Assembly: GCA_025055635.1 (NCBI GenBank)
Contig: JANWWQ010000006.1
Coordinates: 1,116-65,115 of the forward strand
Length of the DNA: 64,000 nucleotides
Direction: 5' to 3'
Origin: Flavobacteriales bacterium
GTDB taxonomy: Bacteria; Bacteroidota; Bacteroidia; CAIKAF01
Shown in pieces: positions 10,371-20,300 of the stretch. Each line of letters starts with the position of its first letter. Position 1 is the stretch's first letter. A program made the translations under genes and the position numbers. The notes below the pieces were generated by a model that saw only the letters and a program-made list of their open reading frames with translations, was not told where the DNA came from and searched no databases.

Positions 10371-11111
10371 TCATAGGGAACCTTCAAAGTAAAAAGTCAG
10401 AAGCAGCATACGGGAATAGAGCCGCTCAATGGAAGCTGAATACATGTGCTTTTCAGGGTATTTTACATTTAAAAATCCCCAGGACACCCGCAAACTGGGT
10501 GAAAACTTAAAGTATTGCAGGTAAAAATCGATGCCCCAACCCAATTCGTAGGAAAGGTCGTTGCGGCGTAGCTTCAAAAGGTTGCCCCCTTTGTCGTCCG
10601 TACCGGCCTTTGAGGAGAGGTCAAAAGAATATTTGACACCTGTATCCACGAAAACCCTCACGTTGTTCAGCCTGGCTGATTTGAAACGCAATATCAGGGG
10701 CATCTCCAAGTATGTTGATTCAACACCTTTATGGACATCATAAATCAGCGAAGTGGTATCCACAGTTTGCCGGATGGTATATCGGAACTTACGTGAGCCG
10801 AATGATAGGCTGGGCAGAAAGCGAAAGTTGATGTACTCGTGAATTTTCAGATTACCCAGCAGACCCATGGTAAAGCCTCCCTGATTCTGCAGCTCAATGC
10901 GGTACACACTGTCCACCATACCCGGATTGGCCACCGGACGAATGCCCATTGGCATGGTATTCACCCCCAAGTGGAACCCGAAATAAATGGTCTTACGATC
11001 CAGTTTAGGCAGGTTAAGCGGCTTGGTAAAACGCTGGGCAAGAAGGAAATCGTTCCCCTGCAATACAGAAAACACTCCGGCCCAAAAAAGGCAACGCCAA
11101 GACCGGTGCAT
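10371..11111 (-). CDS. Outer-membrane beta-barrel protein (PorT/OmpA-like small barrel family).
   Basis: Signal peptide starting at the first ATG (MHRSWRCLFWAGVFSVLQG). Alternating hydrophobic beta-strand pattern and a C-terminal aromatic residue (…TFYFEGSL). Family assignment is by composition only. Confidence 0.5.
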   Translation of the reverse strand: MHRSWRCLFWAGVFSVLQGNDFLLAQRFTKPLNLPKLDRKTIYFGFHLGVNTMPMGIRPVANPGMVDSVYRIELQNQGGFTMGLLGNLKIHEYINFRFLPSLSFGSRKFRYTIRQTVDTTSLIYDVHKGVESTYLEMPLILRFKSARLNNVRVFVDTGVKYSFDLSSKAGTDDKGGNLLKLRRNDLSYELGWGIDFYLQYFKFSPSLRVSWGFLNVKYPEKHMYSASIERLYSRMLLLTFYFEGSL

Positions 11112-11146
11112 GGATGCCGCCAAAACAAAAAAATAAATTTACAAAC

Positions 11147-11866
11147 TTATTTAATAGCTCTGTATAAAGTCACCACCCCATGGCTGAGTGGCCGGAGGAT
11201 CACTTCCCTCCAGCCATTGTCTTCCAGGATGCGGCAGAATGCTGCACCGGAAGGAAAAGCCGCCACCGATTCGTAGAGATATTTATAGGCTTCGTAATTA
11301 CGCGCCAAACAGGCGCCTAAACCCGGAACCACAAAGCGGTTGTATATATCAATCACTTTGCGCCAGAGTGGAGAAGCAGGTCTTGAAAATTCAAGGACAA
11401 AAAGACTACCTCCGGGCCTTGTGACCCTGTGCATTTCGCGCAGTCCCAGGGCTATGTTTTCGAAATTGCGCACCCCAAAGGCCGCCGTTACCACATCAAA
11501 AGAGTCATCCTTAAAAGGTAAAGCCATTGCGCTTCCTTCCACGAATTGAGGTGGTTTCACACCCTTCACGAAACGCGCGCACGCTTTCTCAAGCATTTTC
11601 TTGCTAATATCAATGCCCACCACTTCAGGTACACAGGCTCTCGCAAATGCCCATGCCAAATCCCCGGTGCCTGTGGCCACGTCCAACAAACACGTAGGCC
11701 GGAGATGCAAGACTTCGTTTACCAGGACCCTGCGCCAGTATATGTCTTTCCGCAGCGACAAAATGCGATTAAGCAGGTCGTACCGCCAGGCGATATCGTC
11801 AAACATGCGACGTACCTGAGGCTCCTTGGGTAAAAGGGAACTGAAAGGTTTTATCTGTTCAGACAT
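11147..11866 (-). CDS. menG: Demethylmenaquinone / ubiquinone C-methyltransferase (UbiE/MenG family).
   Basis: ATG at 11866 (MSEQIKPF…). FDDIAWRYDLLNRILSL (UbiE signature) and SAM motif I LDVATGTGDLA. The longer TTG-initiated ORF to 12013 would overlap trkH. Confidence 0.85.
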   Translation of the reverse strand: MSEQIKPFSSLLPKEPQVRRMFDDIAWRYDLLNRILSLRKDIYWRRVLVNEVLHLRPTCLLDVATGTGDLAWAFARACVPEVVGIDISKKMLEKACARFVKGVKPPQFVEGSAMALPFKDDSFDVVTAAFGVRNFENIALGLREMHRVTRPGGSLFVLEFSRPASPLWRKVIDIYNRFVVPGLGACLARNYEAYKYLYESVAAFPSGAAFCRILEDNGWREVILRPLSHGVVTLYRAIK

Positions 11867-11889
11867 CTGAATCTTAAAAATTGATGGCC

Positions 11890-13734
11890 TCAAGCCACGA
11901 TTATATTGGCCTGTGGATAGGCATAGCTGGTTGAAATTGCCGGACGGGCCAATGAGACAGCGAGCGTTAGGATACCTACCCTTCCCATAAACATGGCGGC
12001 CACCAGCACCCACTTAGAAGGATCGCTCAGCCCGGGAGTAATACCGGTGGAATATCCCACTGTACAATGGGCCGATACCATCTCAAAAAAGACGTTGAGC
12101 GGAGGAAGGTGAGGTTCCATTGCCATTAAAAGAAAGGTTCCGATAAAAACCACACAACCTGAAAAAAACACAATCCCAAATGATTTTCTCGCCAATTCAG
12201 GTGAGACCTGATACTTGAAGATTTCCACATTTTGCTTGTTACGAATGCTCGCTAAACCGGAAAACAACAGAATACTCATCGTGGTGGTTTTCACGCCACC
12301 GCCCGTGGAAATAGGAGACGCCCCCACAAACATGAGAAATACGAAAAATAGCAGAACTGGCGCCGAAAGAATGCTGAAATCCACCGTATTGAACCCAGCG
12401 GTGCGCGCAGAAACCGACTGGAAAAAGGCAGTTATTAATTTTTGTTCGGTAGAGAGGTATTGAAAACCATTTTTCTGCCACTGAGCAGGGTTTTGAGATT
12501 CAAAAAAATAAAATACTAAAGTTCCGGCCAGAATGAGCAAAATAGAAACATTCACAACCAGACGGGTGTGCACACGCGGTTTTTTCCAAGGGTGATTGAG
12601 CCGCTCTCTTAGCGCTTTCCAACCCCACAAATCTTGAATGACAGGAAAACCCAATCCGCCAGCAATAATTAGAAGAGCCAACACCAGCAGGAAGGTGAAG
12701 CTGGTCCTTACCCCGTCTGTGTATAAATTTTCTGAAAACAGGGAAAAACCAGCATTGTTAAAAGCACTTACACTATGAAAAATTGAGAACCACACCTTTT
12801 CCCAAAAGCCGCTGAAAGGCACATCACTGCTCCAAGTGAAAAATAATAGAACGGCTCCCAGGCTCTCAATGAACATCGTAACGAGCAAAATATCCCGCAA
12901 CATGCGCACTGTACTACTGAGGGACTCAAAACTCATAAAATCCATAACGATGGCCTGCTGACGCAGACCTATGGCGCTCCGTCCGGACAATAGAGCAAAA
13001 AATGAGGCAAAGATGATAATGTTTAAACCCCCTAACTGAATAAGTCCCAACAGCACTAGATGACCTTTAAAGGTAAAATGGGTGGCCGTATCCACCACTG
13101 TAAGGCCTGTGACACAGGCCGCACTCGCCGATGTGAAAACGGCATCGGTTAACGAGAGCCTGGCCCCTGGCTGACGCATTTCGGGCATGGAAAGCAGAAT
13201 GGCACCTCCTATTATGAGAATAACGTATGATGACACAAACAAGGTAGCCGGACGCACCTTCCAGCGGGCAATGTGTTTTCCGGCTTTCACAAGGTCCAGC
13301 GTCACCAGAAAAAGCAGAAAGACCTGTATAAATACCATGAACATTCCGCTGAAGGTGGGAATGCCCGTTTGAGTGACCAAGTAGCGGAGGAAAGGTTTGC
13401 CCACAAAAAGGACCCCGCTGGTGTCCACCAAAACGGCTAATAGCAAAAGCCCCTCCAGGGCATTTTCCCTAAAGAAACGGCGCGGCTCAAAATCAAAAAA
13501 GAATCTCAGTAAGAAGCTAAAAATGAAAAAAGCTATGCTGAACCGCATCAAAAGCAACACCCAAAATTGACTTCTTTCCGTTTGCGGGAATCCCAAGTAG
13601 TACAAAATGACGGTAATAGATAGCAAGGCTACCGTCAGGCGGAGGATTCGCAGCACCTGCAGCACAGATGACTTACTGCTGTAAATAGCCAGGTTGACCG
13701 TTTCCCGAAAACGTTGAACTGCTCTGGAAGTCAT
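11890..13734 (-). CDS. trkH: TrkH/KtrB-family K+ transporter membrane subunit.
   Basis: About 610 aa polytopic protein with repeated pore-loop-like segments (GLTVVDT, TAGFNTVD, TVGYSTG). First ATG at 13734; the ORF track started it at a TTG at 13743. Confidence 0.75.
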   Translation of the reverse strand: MTSRAVQRFRETVNLAIYSSKSSVLQVLRILRLTVALLSITVILYYLGFPQTERSQFWVLLLMRFSIAFFIFSFLLRFFFDFEPRRFFRENALEGLLLLAVLVDTSGVLFVGKPFLRYLVTQTGIPTFSGMFMVFIQVFLLFLVTLDLVKAGKHIARWKVRPATLFVSSYVILIIGGAILLSMPEMRQPGARLSLTDAVFTSASAACVTGLTVVDTATHFTFKGHLVLLGLIQLGGLNIIIFASFFALLSGRSAIGLRQQAIVMDFMSFESLSSTVRMLRDILLVTMFIESLGAVLLFFTWSSDVPFSGFWEKVWFSIFHSVSAFNNAGFSLFSENLYTDGVRTSFTFLLVLALLIIAGGLGFPVIQDLWGWKALRERLNHPWKKPRVHTRLVVNVSILLILAGTLVFYFFESQNPAQWQKNGFQYLSTEQKLITAFFQSVSARTAGFNTVDFSILSAPVLLFFVFLMFVGASPISTGGGVKTTTMSILLFSGLASIRNKQNVEIFKYQVSPELARKSFGIVFFSGCVVFIGTFLLMAMEPHLPPLNVFFEMVSAHCTVGYSTGITPGLSDPSKWVLVAAMFMGRVGILTLAVSLARPAISTSYAYPQANIIVA

Positions 13735-13735
13735 A

Positions 13736-14728
13736 TCAGGCAACTAAAAATGTGTGACGCGCTTCACTGCGGAGCATTTCAGGTGTTATTGCTGTAACGC
13801 CTGGTTCCTCGCACACTCTGCCCCCGGCCAGGTTGCTAAGGACAGCCATAATCTGAGGGGGCAGGCCCACAGCCAAACACAGAGCGGCCACGGCTGCCAC
13901 GGTATCACCGGCACCACTCACATCGCGCACATGGCGCTCACGGGCGGGAACCTTCAGAAGCCCTTCTTCCCAGGAAAGCCACAAACCCCTTGCCCCCAGC
14001 GTGAGCATAGTGAAGTGATGAGGCATGCGCTGCCGGCATAAGGAAAGTAAGCGCTCCACATCCTCCTCTTTAAGCTGTTTGGAGATTGAAGTTTGCAAGG
14101 CATCCTCCAATTCGCGCAAGTTGGGCTTGAAAAGTGTTACTTCTGCAAAATCCCAGAAATGGCGGCGTTTAGGATCGGCCACGACCGGAATACCACGCTC
14201 TGCACAGTGTTTTATGACGGAAGTAATTAAGGCAGAATGAAGGGCCCCTTTATCATAATCCTGCATAATCACCACATCGTAAGAAGCACTGTCCATAATT
14301 TCCTCCACGTGGCCTTGAAAGAGTTCGGCAAGCTGAGGATCGGCTTCGGTATTAACTTCTCTGTCCAGCCGAAGCATCTGGACTTGGTTGCCCATAATGC
14401 GCGTCTTTGTTGTAGTGGGGCGGTCAGGCACAGGAAGTAATTTATTCCCAATACCATGTTGTGATAGAAGGTTTTGAAGTGTGGCCCCCGCTTCATCCAG
14501 GCCGCATAGACCCGTGAGATCCACCACGGCGTTGAGACTACGGAGGTTAAGGGCTACGTTAGCGGCTCCCCCAGGCATGGAGGCAGACCCCGTCACCTCT
14601 ACAACGGGCACTGGAGCTTCGGGAGAGATACGCTCTACGCTACCATACCAATAATTATCCAGCATCACATCCCCCACTACCAAGGCCCTCACTTGCCGAA
14701 AGCTATCCAGAATACGGTCAATGTCCAA
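13736..14728 (-). CDS. PfkB-family sugar kinase resembling RfaE/HldE domain I (D-glycero-beta-D-manno-heptose-7-phosphate kinase); no adenylyltransferase domain.
   Basis: N-terminus ILDSFRQVRALVVGDVMLDNYWYGSVERISPEAPVPVV is the canonical RfaE kinase start. GAGDT-type motif VSGAGDTVAA near the C-terminus. TTG start. Confidence 0.75.
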   Translation of the reverse strand: MDIDRILDSFRQVRALVVGDVMLDNYWYGSVERISPEAPVPVVEVTGSASMPGGAANVALNLRSLNAVVDLTGLCGLDEAGATLQNLLSQHGIGNKLLPVPDRPTTTKTRIMGNQVQMLRLDREVNTEADPQLAELFQGHVEEIMDSASYDVVIMQDYDKGALHSALITSVIKHCAERGIPVVADPKRRHFWDFAEVTLFKPNLRELEDALQTSISKQLKEEDVERLLSLCRQRMPHHFTMLTLGARGLWLSWEEGLLKVPARERHVRDVSGAGDTVAAVAALCLAVGLPPQIMAVLSNLAGGRVCEEPGVTAITPEMLRSEARHTFLVA

Positions 14729-15356
14729 ACCTGCTGAATTCCTAATTTCGGTGCAATTTTACAAATTGACTTCTGTGGAAGAAAGCTCTAGGGCAGCGGC
14801 CGAAACGTCCATAAGAGTGTTTGCAGCTATGCCGGCACCCGAGGAGGCCGTTCGGCTGGTAGAAACGCTTTCACAACAAATCCAATATCGCGGTTGGAAG
14901 TGGATGCGCCCCCACAACCTTCACCTCACTACTTACTTTATTGGAAATATTCCCGTGGAAGCCCTTCCTGAGATAGGGAAGGCTATAGGGGAGGCTTCAG
15001 TGGATGTAAAAGCTTTTGAAATTTTCTCAGAAGGATTAGTGCCCATGCCTAGTCGGCGACCCCGGATGCTATGGTGGCGATTTGCCCGCTGCAAGGAATT
15101 TTCAGCGCTACACGAAGCCCTGAAAAAGGCCTGCGAACCCTTCGTGCGCACAAAAGACCGCACACCCCAAGATCCCTGGCCCCATATCACGCTGGCACGC
15201 TTTCACGGATGCAAAATCACTGTCCTTCCTTCCCTGGACATTACTCCTTCCCTCACTAAACTCTGTGTTCGGGAATTTCAAATCTGGCAAAGTGTTCTTC
15301 TCAATGGACGAACGGATTATACGGTGACTCCTTGGCACTATACCCTGAGCCAATAA
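14721..15356 (+). CDS. thpR: 2H-phosphoesterase superfamily RNA 2',3'-cyclic phosphodiesterase (ThpR/LigT-like).
   Basis: Two H-x-T/S motifs (HNLHLTTYF and PHITLARF) about 95 aa apart. The ATG at 14721 overlaps the divergent kinase start by 8 nt; in-frame GTG/TTG at 14751, 14769 and 14778 are alternative starts. Confidence 0.65.
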   Translation: MSKPAEFLISVQFYKLTSVEESSRAAAETSIRVFAAMPAPEEAVRLVETLSQQIQYRGWKWMRPHNLHLTTYFIGNIPVEALPEIGKAIGEASVDVKAFEIFSEGLVPMPSRRPRMLWWRFARCKEFSALHEALKKACEPFVRTKDRTPQDPWPHITLARFHGCKITVLPSLDITPSLTKLCVREFQIWQSVLLNGRTDYTVTPWHYTLSQ

Positions 15357-15526
15357 CAAGCATCAGACTAAAAACCATGTAGATTACCCTATGGAAAAGC
15401 TATATTTTCCTGTTTTTGGAACGCGTGGCCGCAAAAAGTTCAGAATTCGCAGCCATCGCTGGTATGTGGGTCAAATTCTTCCTATTTTGAATTGAATTTT
15501 ATTCACTGATACGGCCTATCTGCTCA

Positions 15527-16222
15527 TCAGCGCGTATCTTCTGTCTTGGATTTTAGACCTTCAGATCTTTTGCGTTCAGTACGTTCAAGCGCTTTTTGAA
15601 AGCGCCATTCCTCCACAATTCGGGGGTTGCCGGAAAGCAACTCGGAGGGTACACGCAAACCGCGCCATACTTCTGGGCGGGTATAAACCGGGGGGGCCAA
15701 TAACCCATCCTGGAAAGAATCAGTCAGGGCCGAACCTTCGTCACCGATAGCTCCAGGCAGTAGGCGCACCACGGAATCAATCAGAACAGCTGCAGCAATT
15801 TCGCCTCCCGTTAATACGTAATCCCCGATACTGATGATGCGCGTGGCATAACTGTCCACCACTCGTTGGTCTATGCCTTTGTAATGTCCGCAAACAAGGA
15901 CCAAATGACGTTTCAGGGAAAATTGGTTGGCTAATGCCTGATTCCAGGTGTCGCCCTCGGGCGATAAAAAAATAATTTCATCGGGTTGGCCTTCCTGAAG
16001 CAAGGCATCCAGTGCAGCCGCCACCGGCTCACAGCGGATCACCATTCCCCCACCTCCCCCATAAGGATAATCGTCTATTTGGCGGTATTTGCCCAGTCCA
16101 AAGTCGTGAAGATTGTGAAGGTGGATAGTTACCAGTCCTTTCTGTTGGGCCCGCCCCACGATGCTGTACTCTATAGCACTGTGCAGCAATTCAGGGACTG
16201 CCGCAACGACGTCAATACGCAT
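15527..16222 (-). CDS. trmD: tRNA (guanine37-N1)-methyltransferase.
   Basis: MRIDVVAAVPELL, YPYGGGGGMV and SPEGD motifs, plus SPOUT-knot segment VCGHYKGIDQRV. ATG at 16222 (the track began at a GTG at 16225). Confidence 0.9.
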   Translation of the reverse strand: MRIDVVAAVPELLHSAIEYSIVGRAQQKGLVTIHLHNLHDFGLGKYRQIDDYPYGGGGGMVIRCEPVAAALDALLQEGQPDEIIFLSPEGDTWNQALANQFSLKRHLVLVCGHYKGIDQRVVDSYATRIISIGDYVLTGGEIAAAVLIDSVVRLLPGAIGDEGSALTDSFQDGLLAPPVYTRPEVWRGLRVPSELLSGNPRIVEEWRFQKALERTERKRSEGLKSKTEDTR

Positions 16223-16351
16223 CACTTAAAACAAAATTACACCCCATGTCGCCGGTAGGCAAAAACCTAACCATCTAAAGTGTTTAGCTTTAAACAGAGT
16301 ACAATTTGATTGGTTTAGAGGTTTCGCATTTTTCTATTCGCCTAACTCCTA

Positions 16352-18502
16352 TTACCGGACAAGGCTTAATTCTTGAATGAGGTGCGAAGCCCGTGCCCAT
16401 TTGTCTATCACCCACAGGATATATCGTGCGTCGCAGACGATGTTCCGGCAAAGGTCAGGGTGGTACATAATATCGCTCATGGTGCTTTCCCAGGCCCTGT
16501 CAAAGTTGATGCCTATCAATCGGCCTCGGGCGTCCAACACAGGACTGCCACTATTGCCTCCTGTGGTCTGGCAGTTAGTTGTAAAAGCCACGGGCAAGGA
16601 GCCATTCGGTAAACAATAAGGGCCAAAATCTTTCCGTTCCATCAGCTCCTTAACCTCCGGCAGAAGATCAAATTCGCTGTCCCCTGGTCTGTATTTTTCT
16701 AGTATTCCATGGTGGGTGGTAAGGAAGTGGTAACGGACGGCATCGCGGGGACTGTAACCCATCACTCGTCCGTAAGCCACACGCAGGGTGCCGTTTGCAT
16801 CAGGCCAATATTGACGGGCATCCGGCAGCAACGTCATCAGCCCCTCTACGTACTGGCGCATGTACTTTTCCATGGCTCTTTGCATGCGTTCGTATTCTGG
16901 GGCCACTTGCAGATTCAGAAGATGGATGATTTGCCCTGCCAGGCGGTAGATCGGATCCCGTTGCAGGGCGGCCTGGCTTTCGGCTGTGAATCGCTCTAGG
17001 AGGCTCAGCACGCGGGCCTTGTCCAGGAAAAGCGAGGAGGCCAAGTCCTCTTTCAAAGAACTGAATTCCAAATTTTTGGCAAAGCGGGCTGGCATTTTGC
17101 TCCAGAACACCGGCAAAAGGGCATGAAAAATCTGTACCTCCACCGTAGGATCAAAATTTTTGTAAAATCCTTCGGCCGAAGTTCGCAGCTTGTTCAGGGC
17201 CTCCCGCCCTTCGTTTGTATTCAGCCAGTTGACCTGGGCTTCGGCCACTTTCTGAAAGCTGTGTGCGAAGCGAGGCAAATCAGGCCCGTAATAAAGAAAT
17301 TCAATCAGGAGAGCCCGTGCCAGGGCAGCGTCCTGGTGGCGAACATATAAAACATTCAGACTGTCCAGCGCAGCAACAAAATGGGGTTTGCCAGCCAAAG
17401 AACAAGCCGTTCGGAATCGCACCTCCAATGCTTGTCTGGCGGCCACAGCCTGCAAGCGCTCCAAACCCTTTATTTCTCCTTGCCATTTCTTCCAGGCATT
17501 ACTGATGCGGGCCTCTTTAGCGGCGTATTGGATCCGAAGTGCATCAGAGTCTCTCATGGCCTGCTGCAGCACCTTCAGGACGGAGGAACGCATGTCCACC
17601 CGTGCCTTGTCCTCCACGTGCTGGATATAGGCCACTCCCGCTGAAGGAAGATATTGCTGCGTAAATCCCGGAAATCCAACCACCAAGGCAAAATCCCCCT
17701 CCTGAACACCGGCCAGGGAAATCTGCAAGTGCTTTAAGGGAGTGTAAGGTTTGTTCTGGGGACTAAAAGGGGCGGGCTTATTATCCGGACCCGCATACAC
17801 TCTGAAAAGCATAAAATCCCCATTATGCCGGGGCCACATCCAGTTGTCCGTGTCCCCTCCAAATTCCCCTATACACTGCGGCGGCGCCATCACAAGACGT
17901 ACGTCCTGAAAAACCTCAGTCACCACAAGCAGATATTGATGACCGTAAAAGAGCGACTCCACTTTGGCCTCATAATGGGTATTCTGAATGGCTTCTCGGA
18001 CGATCCTGGTGCTGTTGGTTTTTACTATTTCATCACGCCTTTCCTCGCTGTCCCCCGGCCGCCATCCCTCCAGCACCTTCTGAGTCACATCTTCCATCCT
18101 CACTACGCGCGTCACCGTCAAGCCTTTGCAAGGTAGCTCCTCGGCGCGGGTCCGGGCCACAAATCCATACTTCAGATAATCGCGTTCAAGGGAAGAGAGC
18201 GCCTGAAGATGGCTGAATCCACAGTGGTGGTTCGTGAGTAGGAGGCCTTCGGGGGAAATCAACTCCGATGTGCATCCCCCTCCAAAAAGAAACACCGCAT
18301 CCTTAAGGCTCGGACGGAGGGTGCTATAAATATCGTCGGCTGTCAGCTTCATACCCAGCCGATTCATTCGGGCCTCGGGGCCTTGTCGCAACAGATGGGG
18401 CAACCACATCCCCTCATCGGCCCGAAGAGAGAAAGAGGCAACTAAACCTAGCCCAAAGAAAAACGCCTTCGTCGCGGCACCACACCGGCTTTTTACGTTC
18501 AT
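16352..18502 (-). CDS. S46-family dipeptidyl-peptidase (DPP7/DPP11-like).
   Basis: 716 aa with a signal peptide, then ADEGMWLPHLL (S46 hallmark), catalytic His region SPEGLLLTNHHCGF, and catalytic Ser GGNSGSPV. Confidence 0.85.
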   Translation of the reverse strand: MNVKSRCGAATKAFFFGLGLVASFSLRADEGMWLPHLLRQGPEARMNRLGMKLTADDIYSTLRPSLKDAVFLFGGGCTSELISPEGLLLTNHHCGFSHLQALSSLERDYLKYGFVARTRAEELPCKGLTVTRVVRMEDVTQKVLEGWRPGDSEERRDEIVKTNSTRIVREAIQNTHYEAKVESLFYGHQYLLVVTEVFQDVRLVMAPPQCIGEFGGDTDNWMWPRHNGDFMLFRVYAGPDNKPAPFSPQNKPYTPLKHLQISLAGVQEGDFALVVGFPGFTQQYLPSAGVAYIQHVEDKARVDMRSSVLKVLQQAMRDSDALRIQYAAKEARISNAWKKWQGEIKGLERLQAVAARQALEVRFRTACSLAGKPHFVAALDSLNVLYVRHQDAALARALLIEFLYYGPDLPRFAHSFQKVAEAQVNWLNTNEGREALNKLRTSAEGFYKNFDPTVEVQIFHALLPVFWSKMPARFAKNLEFSSLKEDLASSLFLDKARVLSLLERFTAESQAALQRDPIYRLAGQIIHLLNLQVAPEYERMQRAMEKYMRQYVEGLMTLLPDARQYWPDANGTLRVAYGRVMGYSPRDAVRYHFLTTHHGILEKYRPGDSEFDLLPEVKELMERKDFGPYCLPNGSLPVAFTTNCQTTGGNSGSPVLDARGRLIGINFDRAWESTMSDIMYHPDLCRNIVCDARYILWVIDKWARASHLIQELSLVR

Positions 18503-19112
18503 GGGCCCAAATTACAACCTCCTAACCCACTGTATATAACCTCGTGTTGTCATCGCCTCCTGATCTCCCCTGGATAGTCTTATTCTAAAGTCTGTTCGCA
18601 TTTGGAGTGCCTCTCGGATGCTTCCCCTTAGGCAGCTCCACCTTCATAATCAGAAAAACAGTAAATCATGAAATCCGGTAACAACCCCGCGGCCGGCGCA
18701 AAAGACATAAAACTCCAGGAACAGCGCCTACCCCAGCAGCACCAGTTTGCTAACCTATAAGGAAAAAACATCCTTGGTGCAAAGAGTTTTTCCGAATTTA
18801 AGCCCCAAAAGCCTTTTACTTTATCCAGAAAAAAATTTTTAAAAGGGCATGCCCCCTATAGGGCCGGCAAATGCCCCCGACCCCCAGGGGCCGAGCTGCT
18901 GCGGGCTGTCCCCCCGCTCCGGCAACCTTGCCACCAGGTGCAAGGCCCGCCGCCAGGCAGGGCCTGGCCTGTGGCCGCCCTCTCTACGCCTAAGGCACCC
19001 CACCCACACCCTTTAAAAACCTTTCCTAACAAATCCAGTCTTATATATTTACGCCCACAAAAACCTTTTCGCCATCGCCACCGCCCTTTCCAAAGATAAT
19101 ACGCTCCGGCTG

Positions 19113-20300
19113 ATGCTCAAGATGCTGCAGCAGGTCACCCAGGCTGTAAATGATAACTTTAGCCGCAGCCAACTCATGCGTATTTACGAAAACATTTTAC
19201 GGCAATTACCCAGTATCCGCGGAGTGGCCCTCTTTAGTCAGGAAAATAATTCCCTCAAATGTGAATTTTCCGACTGGAACATTTTTAAGCCAGAGTCTGG
19301 CTTTTCCGTGCACAACTACCTAGAGCAACTCGGGGACCTTCAATATCCCCACACACTGGAAGGAACCAGCCTACCATTTAATGTGGTAATCCCCTCATAT
19401 CACAAGGAGAAAACACTGGGCTTTCTTCTTGTGCAGCTGGCCCCTGTATCGGATGAACCCTCTGACAATGGCGAATGGTTAGAGCTGCAGACCGAATTCC
19501 TGCAAACCCTCAACAATATTGTTTTCGTGGCCTTGGAAAATAAAAAGCTGGCCAGAGAAGCCATCCGTCAGGAAGCCTTACGCAAAGAAGTGGAGCTGGC
19601 CAGCGAATTGCAATCCTGGCTTTTTCCCCAGGAAAACGAGGATCTGCCGGGCCTTTTGGTGAGCGGCACCCACAAAACCTATGAGGAAGTGGGAGGTGAT
19701 TACTACGACTTTTTTGCCCTACCCGATGGGGATGTGGCCCTTTGTATAGCGGATGTGTCCGGCAAGGGCATGTCCGCTGCCCTTCTTATGGCTAATTTTC
19801 AAGCCAATGTGCGCGCCCTTTTTCCTTTCTTGCCAGATCTTGCCCAACTCGGCCACACCTTAAATAAAAAGGTGGACCAGGCCGCACGCGGCGAAAAATT
19901 TATCACCTGTTTCCTTGCGCGCTTTGATCCGCGCAACCGCAAACTCCATTACGTTAACCTTGGCCATAATCCGCCATTTTTTCTCCATCAGGGCCAACTG
20001 CGTCAACTGGATGCCACGGCCCCAGCCCTCGGTATGATTCCTGAGCTTCCCTCTTTCTCCACCACCACCTGTGATGTGGCCACCGATGATATTCTGCTGG
20101 CTTACACCGATGGCGTCACAGAGCTTCAAAACGATGAAAATCAATTCTTTGGTTCCGACCGTCTTATGAACATCCTCCTGGAAAACACCCTTCTCACCCC
20201 ATCAGAAATTAATGCCATTGTAGCTATGCAGCTTAATACGTTCCGCGGCAACTCCCCTTTCCGTGATGATTTTGCCTTGCTCACATGCAAGTTTTTCTAA
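19113..20300 (+). CDS. PP2C/SpoIIE-family protein-serine phosphatase with an N-terminal GAF-like sensor domain (RsbU-like).
   Basis: The C-terminal half has GGDYYDFFALPDG...LCIADVSGKGMSAALLMANF (PP2C metal-binding motifs) and AYTDGVTE. The N-terminal ~170 aa is a non-enzymatic sensor-like domain. Confidence 0.75.
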   Translation: MLKMLQQVTQAVNDNFSRSQLMRIYENILRQLPSIRGVALFSQENNSLKCEFSDWNIFKPESGFSVHNYLEQLGDLQYPHTLEGTSLPFNVVIPSYHKEKTLGFLLVQLAPVSDEPSDNGEWLELQTEFLQTLNNIVFVALENKKLAREAIRQEALRKEVELASELQSWLFPQENEDLPGLLVSGTHKTYEEVGGDYYDFFALPDGDVALCIADVSGKGMSAALLMANFQANVRALFPFLPDLAQLGHTLNKKVDQAARGEKFITCFLARFDPRNRKLHYVNLGHNPPFFLHQGQLRQLDATAPALGMIPELPSFSTTTCDVATDDILLAYTDGVTELQNDENQFFGSDRLMNILLENTLLTPSEINAIVAMQLNTFRGNSPFRDDFALLTCKFF

